NCBI GenBank assembly: GCA_963760625.1
Contig: CAVXDU010000003.1
Coordinates: forward strand, 22,127-86,126
Origin: an uncultured Chloroflexia bacterium
GTDB lineage: Bacteria > Chloroflexota > Limnocylindria > Limnocylindrales > CSP1-4
Length of the DNA: 64,000 bases
Direction: 5' to 3'
Both the position numbers and the translations under genes were made by a program. The notes beneath the pieces are model-generated. The model was given only the letters and a program-made list of their open reading frames with translations. It had not been told where the DNA came from and did no database searches. Positions 53,398 through 64,000 of the stretch are shown here, in pieces (the first letter of the stretch is position 1; the number at the start of each line of letters is the position of its first letter).

Positions 53398-54541
53398 CCG
53401 CTGCCAACTCGCGAGTCCGACGTTGCCCGTGGACTCAAGGGCAGCGGCGGGAGCCAGACCTGCTGCGTCCACGATCACAAGCGTCGCGGACGGACCGAAT
53501 GTCTCATCCACCGAGTAGCCAAGCAACATCGAGCCGTCCGGCGACCAGACCGGGAGGAGCCCCGCCACGGCCGGATGCTCAAGTGCCACGGGATCGCTCC
53601 CATCCGGGCCGGCCACCACGAACCTGCCGACGACCGGGGCTTCCCTGGACCTGAACCAGGCGAGCCGAGATGCGTCGGGGGACGAGACTGCCCAGTACTC
53701 GTTCTCGGGTCCTCCCACGAGCATCATCTCGCCGCTGCCGTCCGCGTTCACGACCCAGACATCGCCGTTGCCGCTGGATGCCAGGAAGAACAGGATCCGA
53801 TGTCCATCCGGGGACCACTGTGGCTCGGCGAAGTCCACGCCGGACCCTGGGACGTTCGTCAGACGGTGAGGATCGTCGCCATCGGACCCGATCAGGTAGA
53901 CCCCCGCGTCCCCGACCGATCTGCCGCCCCGATAGGCGATCGTTCGTCCGTCAGGAGACCACGTCGGGTCCTCGCCGTCGGTCAGCGAGATCGGCAACCC
54001 ACGCTCATCGATTCGCGCGATGTCTACGACCGATGTCCCAGCCGCGATATGGGAATACGCGAGTCGGTTGTTGTCCGGTGACCACGCGGGCCGCGTCTCG
54101 GGAGGCGAGCCAGGCTCGTTGTTGGATAGCTTCAAGCCGGAGGCGATGATCCGAGGATCGGAACCGTCGGCTTCCATCACGATGAGCGATGTCGTAGGGG
54201 CATTGGCCACGGACAGGAATGCCTCGAAGGTGAATTCGATCCGCACCCGTCGGCCCGGGCATAGACCAGAAGGCGATGCGCTTCCCATCGGGAGACCAGG
54301 TCGGCGTGATGTCGATGGAGGACCCACTGGTCAGGCGTGCCCGACCAGTGCCGTCTGCGTTGGCGACCCAGATGTCACCGTTCGAATCAAATGCGATGAG
54401 GCCGTTCCTCCCGAGCCCGGGGCTCATCGGCGACGAGGACGGCACGTGCTGCTGTTGAGCGAAGGCCAGGCCGGTCGCGACAGCGGTCGCAACGAACGCC
54501 ATCGCCAAGGCGACGCTAGCCCGTGACCTGGACTTGGACAT
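53386..54541 (-). CDS. Secreted TolB/PD40 beta-propeller protein (frameshift ~54255)
   Basis: Signal peptide; GRNGLIAF; repeated P.WSPDG. Confidence 0.85.
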
Positions 54542-54601
54542 CTCACTCCTCACGTGCGATCGCTCGTTGTTCGCCCGCGGGCTCGCCGCCCCGACAGCCT
54601 G

Positions 54602-54642
54602 TTGATCATCGTGTCCTGGGTCGAATCCCAGCCGGCTCACCA
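54602..54642 (+). tRNA. Second copy of the tRNA-Lys 3' fragment
   Basis: Matches 25349-25390 with 1 mismatch and 1 gap. Confidence 0.75.
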
Positions 54643-54660
54643 GTATGTGCTCGCGACTGG

Positions 54661-57014
54661 TCAATCGGGCTGCGTGTCGAATCCCAGGACCCACCATTCC
54701 CGACGCCCCTCCTGCTCGTTCACGAGGAAGAGGGCATCCCCAACGCCGATCATCGAAAGGCTAGTGAGGTCGCTCGGGAGGTCCAGTCCCGAGAGGTCCA
54801 ACTCCGTCCAGGTGCGCCCGTCAGGGGACGCCCAAAGTGCCCTTCCTCCTCCGACCCACTGCATCGCCACGAAGCCGGAGCCTGCCCGGACGATGGCCGA
54901 TTCCTGCGGCGGCGATTCGAGGACCTGATCCCAGTGCAGGCCATCGGCGGACCGCCACGCCTTCGCGATCTGGTGCTGGGTCCCGGGTTCCTGGTACTCG
55001 GCAAAGAACGCATACTCGGTACCGTCGATGAGCCGACGGTCCGTCGGGGACACGTAGAATGTCCCGCCGCTCGCACCCTCGCGTGATGTCCCATGGACCG
55101 AGCTCGGTCCAGACCCCGGTCTCATCGAGTCGCCACGCCACGACCGGCCCGCTCGGGTCCGCGAGCGCGAGGGCGACGATGCCGTGCGCCGACGCCAGCC
55201 ATAGCGACTCCATCCTGCTGCCGCATGATGGAGTCGGGCGTGTCGATCGGCACGAGCCGGTCCCCCTCCAGCATGGCCATCACGTGTCCACTCGGTGGCC
55301 CGTCCCGTACCCAGCCCCTGACATCCTCGAGCGTGACACCCTCGAGCGTCGTCACGAGCGTCCCATCACTCTCATCGGTCACACGGAGTCCTCCAGGGAC
55401 CGCCTCGAAGCGTTGCCGTACGTTCCGGGTCGTCGCGGCCCCGGGCGGGGATGGAGAACAGGCCCGGCTCCAACTCCTCGGCGGGCCAGGAGCTGCCCGC
55501 ATGCCAGCCCAGCGACGCGAATGGCTCGCTGGCCTCCAGGTCGATCTCAACGGCGGCCACGGCTTCCGTGCTGGCGCCGCTCAACCACCCCAGCTCCCAC
55601 CCGATGGCAGGGGGCCCCGCCGGGATGACACCGCTCACCTCGATCGGCGTCCAGGCGCCGTCTGTCGATCGTCGCCATAGCCGCTTCGCGTCTGGTCCCG
55701 AGTCACTGTCAGACCACCACTCACTCTCGCTTGACCAGTCCCACCACGAGCCACCCTCCAGGGGCACGTCGATCGGCTCGGACGTCCAGCGCATGCCGTC
55801 CTCGGACGTCCACATCCGGTTTCGGTCGACATCCACGAAACGTGCGCCCGGACGCGGCCAGTTCCTCCGGCAGGGTCGCGGTGCCATCCGACAGGTGGAC
55901 CCAGCGAGCCGGGCCGATGGGCGTGTCCACGACGCCCGATGTGCGCCCCAGCGGGGATGTCCGTCCCCAGTGTCGGCACTCCTTCGGCACGGTCGACGAG
56001 TGCAGTCACTGACTCGGCGGGCATGAGGGCATCCGACGGAGGAGCTGCGGACGCCGCGGCTTCTGGTGATTCGCTGAGCTGGATCGAGTCCACGATGCTC
56101 TGCAGCTGTGCCTTGATCTCTGGCGCCGTGGCCGCATGGTCGATGGCCTGGACCACGACCCGGAGGCCGTCGACGTCGAGGACCCAGAGGTGCCAGAGTT
56201 CGCCTGGATCCTGGGCGTAGTACCAGGGGTTCCAGGGCCGATACGCGTCGCAACCGGTGAGATCGGTCGGCACCTGGAGTTCCAGAGTACGTCCCGGTGT
56301 ATCCCGCGAGCGTGACATCGACCGGCTCGGTCACATCGAGCAGGGGGTGATCGACGAGCGCGCTGACGAAATCGTCGACGCTGGGGCCGACTGGGATGTC
56401 CGGTGGGCCGTCGTTGACACAGGGGTCGTCGGCGAGCGAGGCCCCACGGACGAAGATCAGGGCCGCCCCGTCCGTGGCCGACCCGCCGGTGAACAGGACC
56501 CCGCTCGAACCACTTCCCTCCCAGCCGTCCGGCACGGTAGAACGTGATGCGCACGTCGTCGTCGACGGACCGGTCGAGGCAATCAGCCTGGTCCAGGCAG
56601 GCGTCGTTGCCGGGAGCCGCGAAGGGCGTCGTCACGTAGGTGCCCGCGTTCAAGGGCTCCCAGACCTCTCGGAGGGGAACTGGCTCGGGGGTGGCGGAGG
56701 GTGAAGGGGCCGGAAACCGCGCCGAAGTCGGTAGATCGGGGCAGGATGGTGACGCCGACGGCCAGGGCGATCGCGGCGACGACGGCGAACTTGAGCACGT
56801 TGGCCATGGCATTGGACCTCGTTGGGTGGGATGGTCGACCGACGAGCGTGCGGACCATCGGTCGCCCGGGGTGATGCCTGGCCTCCGCGCCGTCGCGCAC
56901 CTGCGACGCGGCCTCGTAGCTGGACATGGCGGTGGCCTCGATCTCCACTCGTCGATCCACGAGGAAGCCGACGATGGCGCGGTCGAGTCGTTCGTCGGAG
57001 AGGTGGTGGTCCAT
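54661..57014 (-). CDS. ECF-coupled membrane protein: unassigned domain plus Asp-box-like region; many frameshifts (possible pseudogene or two genes)
   Basis: PTRSNAMANVLKFAVVAA TM; IPVGPSVDDFVSALVDHP; WTSEDGMRW, WRSADGLHW. Confidence 0.65.
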
Positions 57015-57576
57015 CACGAGCCCTCCTGCAGGGCATGTCGAAGTTGTTCACGGGCGGTGCGCAGACGCGATCGGACGGTCTCCCGGGGGATGCCCAGGAG
57101 CTGCGCTGTCTCGTCGATCGAATAGCCCACATCGAGGACGAGGACGACGACCGCCCGATGCACCGCGCTCAATCCATCGAACGCCTGACGCATCGCCAGG
57201 CGCTCAGGGAAATCGGCTTGCGGCGACGTCCACTACCTCGCCTGCCGGTGCCTCGATCCCATGGACGGTGGGCGGGCGGAACAGCCGACCCAGCCAGGTC
57301 ACGCGCGATCGCTTTCTCCCGGGCCGCCTCGCGGACCACGATGCGGTCCAGCCAGGGACGGAGACGGGTGTCGTCCCGCATCGTGCCCCGCGCGCGCCAG
57401 GCTCGCTCAAGCGATGTCTGGACGATGTCCTCCGCCGAGGCGACATCCCCGCACACGAGTCCGGCGAGCCCGACGAGACGCCGGTAGTGGTCAGCGAAGA
57501 ACGACTCCAGCGCCCGCTGGTCCCCGCCCGTCACGTCGGCGTTCTCGGTCATCTCGGTGGTTCGCACACCTGCCAT
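57014..57576 (-). CDS. ECF RNA polymerase sigma factor (frameshifts)
   Basis: SAEDIVQTSLERAWR..WLDRIVVRE; GYSIDETAQLLGIPRETVRSRLR. Confidence 0.85.
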
Positions 57577-57852
57577 GGGTCCGTCCTAGCGGATAGTCGT
57601 CCCAACATAGACCGAGCGAAGTGCCTCGAACGGGTCAATCCACGATTTGCTGGGCGGGCAGCAACGAGGCGAGAAGTGCCCTCGGTGTGCGTCATCCTCC
57701 CAGCACCTCGTCCACACGGCCGCGAGAACAACGCGGTTCTGAGCCGACCCGGACCATCGCCGAGCGACCGGGGGACCGTCCGCGCTCTCCCGTGGCCCGT
57801 GTCGGTTAGGTAGGGTCTGGGCGGCTAACCGGACGCTCAAGCTGGAGATACC

Positions 57853-59113
57853 ATGTTCCGATCCCAGCGACTCCTGGCCCTGGCGGGCGGCACCCTGGTC
57901 CTCTCACTGGCCTCGGCGGTCCCCGTGGCTGCCGCATCGAGCACGACCCGATGGGTTGACAACGATGGCCATGCCGGCCCGGGCGGCTGCGGCGGTTCCG
58001 CGGTGGCGTCGACGTCCATCCAGTCCGCCGTGACGGCCAGCAACGCCGATGACGTGGTCATCGTATGTCCGGGCACGTACACCGAGCAGGTGCGCATCCG
58101 CGGCGATCGCGACGGTCTGATCCCTCCGGTCATCGACACCCTTCAGCGCCACGATCAAGGCACCCTCGTCGGTGGCGTCACCGCTGGGCTTCACGTACCT
58201 GGTGCTGGTCGACCATGTCGACGGCGTGGCCATCACGGGCTTCAAGGTGGTCACCCGCACCGCGGCGCCCTGCGAGACCCTCGAGGTTGCCATCGGGGTC
58301 ATCGGCTCCCGGCGCACCTCGATCCGCGGCAACCGCCTCCTCGCTCCCGGCTCGGACGGCAGCGAGGACTGCAGCCAGAACATCGGCGTCGCGGTCGTTG
58401 ACGAGCTCGAGGGTGGTCAGCCCGGCGGCGGCTCGTCATCCTTCACGGCGACCGCCACCATCGGCTACAACGAGGTCCGCGACGCGCGCCTCTTCGGCAT
58501 CGCGGCCCTGGCCGCCAGCGGCCGCACCGATGTGGACATCGTGTACAACTCCGTGCGCGCCTACTTCGGTCAGCCGTCGGGTGCCTCGTCGGTGGCGGGC
58601 GTGGTCCAGAGCCAGTTCGGCATCGTGCTCCTCGGGCGCACCCGGGGCGTCATCAGCCACAACGTCATCCAGGGCGCCTCACTTGGACGGCCCGACGTTC
58701 CAGGGCGGCATCGGCATCGTGGCCCTGTTCGACAGCGGCTCGTCCCACGGGGAGAACGGGCCCATCGCCATCCGCGGCAACCTCATCCGCCTTGTGGGCG
58801 TGGGCATCACGACACAGTCGGCCGACCAGCTGACCATCCGGCGAAACGAGGTCTCCAACGTCTTCCAGGGCCTGTCGCTCGAAGCCACGACCGCATCCTC
58901 GGTGTCCGACAATGACGTCAGGGCCAGGAGGTGGGGATCTTCGTGTCGGGTGGCAGCACCGATAACGCGCTTCGGCGCAATCACTTCGCCGGGCAGGGCG
59001 GGTACTGCCTCGACCAGACCTCGGGGTCGGGCAGCCACGGCACCGCCAACTCGTGGTCATCGAACAGGTCCAGTCATGGCAGTGACCCGGTGGGCATCTG
59101 CCTGCCGGACTGA
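57853..59113 (+). CDS. Secreted right-handed parallel beta-helix protein (frameshifts)
   Basis: SIQSAVTA...VIVCPGTYTEQV; repeated I..N motifs. Confidence 0.78.
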
Positions 59114-59192
59114 GCCGTTCGAGCTCGAAGTGACCAAGGGGGTCGGCGTCACGGGTGCCGGCCCCTCGATCACGTGCGAGCTTCTCGCCGCT

Positions 59193-59220
59193 TCTGCCTG
59201 CCACGCTGCCAGCCACGGCA
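59193..59220 (+). repeat. att-arm-like tandem 12-mer
   Basis: TCTGCCTGCCAC-GCTGCCAGCCAC-GGCA. Confidence 0.72.
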
Positions 59221-59225
59221 GAAGT

Positions 59226-59310
59226 ACGACCACGAGGACTCATCGAGACCGGCATCCCCCTCGAGGACGCACGGACCCATGAGCTCAAGGGGCTTCCGGG
59301 ACGGCGTCAG
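59226..59310 (+). pseudogene. Class III cyclase C-terminal remnant
   Basis: GIPLEDARTHELKGLPG resembles the G.HELKG.P end of cyclase domains. Confidence 0.5.
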
Positions 59311-59508
59311 GCCTGTCGCGTGGTCTCCCCGTTGGGCGGTGCTTCCACAGAGCGAGGGTGGTCGTCGAGTTCGACGGACGGTGATGCCGCGACCGCCATC
59401 GCCGGTGATGACTTCGGATGTGGCGGGCAGCACCCATCGCGGGCGTATGTCCGGCCTACACTGACCCCCGGGGATGGCTGCCGCGAGTCGCGGCTGTGGG
59501 AGCGAAGG

Positions 59509-59892
59509 ATGGACGACGACAAGCACACGTCTGCTGCGGAGCTGCTGGCAGGCTGGCGATCGGCGGGCAGGGACACGGCTGCGGCCGAGAAGGCGGTGTC
59601 GGTCGCCATGGTCGCCCAGGCGGCTGCGGAGGCGGCCGCAGAGGCCGCGGCCGCTGTAGAGCGTGCCGCCGAAGCCGCCCATGCCGCGGTCACCCACGCC
59701 AAGGTGGCGACGGAGCATGCCCAGCGGGCCGCGATGCTCGCTTCGCAGGCGGCCCGATTGGCCAGCGCGAGCGCGGAGGTCGAGAGTGCCCGAGCGCTGG
59801 ATGCCGTCGACAAGGCGCACATGCGTGAGGACGAGGCAGGAGCACGTTTCCGCGAGGCCCAGGACAAGGGCGTCGATGGGCCGCAGGGTTAG
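59509..59892 (+). CDS. Ala-rich coiled-coil hypothetical protein
   Basis: ELL..WR.A.RD..AA pattern; plausible codon usage. Confidence 0.6.
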   Translation: MDDDKHTSAAELLAGWRSAGRDTAAAEKAVSVAMVAQAAAEAAAEAAAAVERAAEAAHAAVTHAKVATEHAQRAAMLASQAARLASASAEVESARALDAVDKAHMREDEAGARFREAQDKGVDGPQG

Positions 59893-60069
59893 GGGGCGCT
59901 CGGCGCGTAGCACGCAGACCGAGTCCAGGCGCGGCTGCTGGACGCCGGGATCGAGTTGGCTGCGATGCGTGAACTGGTCTGACTTGAGGTCAGGGGCACC
60001 GTTGGTCGCATGCGTGGGCTCGACGACCCGATCAGGGCAGGACCGGGGGTGAGATCGTAAGGGACAGAC

Positions 60070-60099
60070 CGAAGCCCGGGCCACAAGGCCCGGGCTTCG
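60070..60099 (-). terminator. Hairpin downstream of groEL
   Basis: cgaagcccgggcc-acaa-ggcccgggcttcg. Confidence 0.72.
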
Positions 60100-60117
60100 A
60101 AGCTGGACGCGATCGGC

Positions 60118-62337
<2,220 letters not shown>

Positions 62338-62364
62338 CTACTGTGGGAGAGGTGAACGGTGGGA

Positions 62365-62718
62365 ATGACGATCGGAGCCCTGCTGAGACGGGCACGCGAG
62401 GTGCGCGGTCACTCGTCCAACGAGACCGCGCGCAGTGCCGGGATATCCCCGGCCTATCTCAGCAAGATCGAGAACGATGCCGTGCGGCGTCCCTCGCCCG
62501 ATGTGCTCCACAGGCTCAGCGAGGCCCTCGGCGTCCCATACGCGGAACTGATGGTGGTCGTCGGCCACCCGGTACCGAGCGTCGTAGAACCGACTGACCC
62601 CGCTCGCCTGGGCACGGCGCTCTTCGCCGACCTCACGGACGACGAGCGAGACGAGCTCCTCGAGTATCTGGCGTGGTATCGCGCCAGGAAGGGGTCCAGG
62701 CGCCGGAACGGGCAGTGA
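62365..62718 (+). CDS. XRE-family HTH regulator
   Basis: AGISPAYLSKIEND..RRPSP; divergent from groES. Confidence 0.88.
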   Translation: MTIGALLRRAREVRGHSSNETARSAGISPAYLSKIENDAVRRPSPDVLHRLSEALGVPYAELMVVVGHPVPSVVEPTDPARLGTALFADLTDDERDELLEYLAWYRARKGSRRRNGQ

Positions 62719-62800
62719 GATGGCACGGCCCGCCGGCCTGACCGCGGAAGCTCGCCGAGTCGGCTGGCAGCCAGGGGGCAGCAACGATGTCCGTGGACCG

Positions 62801-63195
62801 TCAGACCACCACGACGACCTTGCCCATGGTGCCCACCTGGAAGGCCTCGAGCGCGCCGTGGGCGTCGGCGAGCGGGAATGTCTTCTGGAGCTTGACCCGC
62901 AGCGTGCCGGCGGCCACCTGGGTCGCCAGCGACGTGAGCTTCTCGGGAGTGGGCGCAGCCATCACGTTCGTCGCCCGGATCTCCCGGCCGGCGAGGGCCT
63001 CGGCGTCGGCCGTGACGAGGGTCGTGGCCACCCGGCCGCCGGGGCGGACGAGTCCCGTCAGACGCGTGAAGGCGTCCCCACGGTTCACGAAATCGATGAG
63101 CGCGGTCAGCCCGTCCGGGAACCTGGCCCTGATCGCGTCCGCGACGTCACCCGACGCGTAGTCGACCGTCTCGGTCGCCCCGAGGAGCGCATAGG
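62801..63195 (-). pseudogene. Zinc-binding/NADPH:quinone oxidoreductase C-terminal fragment
   Basis: LGATETVDY...VRPGGRVAT...FPLADA..GKVVV; N-terminal domain absent. Confidence 0.7.
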
Positions 63196-63304
63196 CTTTC
63201 AAGGTCGGTACCTCCTGGCATTCCTGGTGGCATCGAACCCGAGCCTCCACCCGGCGCTCCCATCAGCGGCGTCCGCTGTCTCACCGATCTGCTAACGTCC
63301 CGCG

Positions 63305-64000
63305 GTGTCCATACCGTCCCGCCTGCCGCTGCACCCATTCCTGCTTGCAGCGTTCGCGGTGCTCTCGGTGTATGCCTCCAACCTGACGCAGGTCTTGCCC
63401 GTGGACCTCGGCGGGCCGCTCGGCCCGCTTTCCCGGGCCATCGTCGGTGCTGGCGTCACCATGGTCTTGTGCTCGCTGGTGCTGCGTGACTGGCGGCGGG
63501 GCGCCATCCTGGCCACGGCCGTGGTCGCGGCGTACGCCTTCTTCGGTCGGCTCGCACCTGAGCTGCTCGGCCTCGGCCTCACCGAGCAGGTCCAGCTGGC
63601 TGCGTGGGCGGTCGTCGTCGTCGTGGCTGGCGTGTTCGCCGTCCGGGCACGCGGAGCGCTGCCGTCGGCCACCCTGGCCCTCAACACGTTCACCCTCCTC
63701 CTTGTCGCCATGACCCTGTTCAGCATCGTCCCCTACGAGGCGAACCGGGTCGCCGCCCAGGGCGCGACGATCCCGGGTGCCGGCACGCCCATCACGGCTA
63801 CGAGGGTGCCGGATCGGGATATCTACCTCATCGTGCTCGACAGCTATGGATCCCACTGGTCCATCGAGCACCGGTTCGGCATCACCGGCGACGAGCTGCC
63901 CACGTGGCTGGGACGGCAGGGATTCCAGGTCGTGCCGGGCGCACGGACGAACTACCGGGCGACGGACTTCTCGCTCGCGTCGATGTTCAGCATGCAGATG
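63305..64000 (+). CDS. Membrane-anchored sulfatase/alkaline-phosphatase-like protein (truncated by window end)
   Basis: LHPFLLAAF TM region, then DIYLIVLDSYG...NYRATDFSLASM. Confidence 0.75.
   Translation, partial: MSIPSRLPLHPFLLAAFAVLSVYASNLTQVLPVDLGGPLGPLSRAIVGAGVTMVLCSLVLRDWRRGAILATAVVAAYAFFGRLAPELLGLGLTEQVQLAAWAVVVVVAGVFAVRARGALPSATLALNTFTLLLVAMTLFSIVPYEANRVAAQGATIPGAGTPITATRVPDRDIYLIVLDSYGSHWSIEHRFGITGDELPTWLGRQGFQVVPGARTNYRATDFSLASMFSMQM

Noticed and set aside
55320-55345. GVTLEDV resembling the integrase MTLEDV
   Set aside because: It lies within the coding region of the ECF partner and similarity does not extend.
249-59113. Programmed frameshifting or phase variation
   Set aside because: No common slippery site or repeat tract was noticed at the shifts, and unrelated gene classes are affected.

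Overview
High-GC bacterial DNA, probably Chloroflexota of the Limnocylindria/Ellin6529 type (inferred from protein style, not tested). Many single-base frameshifts suggest an unpolished long-read assembly. The window is an accessory patchwork containing two sugar ABC clusters (one with LacI, a GH29 fucosidase and three matching operators), a MoxR-DUF58-vWA operon, a STAND adenylate cyclase, groES-groEL, many small regulator/target modules and six ECF sigma factors. Two patterns stand out. (1) Five ECF sigma genes are translationally coupled to single-pass membrane partners with varied extracellular domains, and all five partner genes carry an in-frame Shine-Dalgarno-like sequence plus start codon just before the transmembrane helix, suggesting a second, exported isoform. 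(2) Intergenic junctions repeatedly contain short scars of one tyrosine-integrase 3' end (at least 8, all minus strand), tRNA 3' fragments and a 12-bp att-arm-like repeat, suggesting serial accretion of genes at an integration hotspot. No intact integrase, full tRNA, rRNA or CRISPR array was seen.
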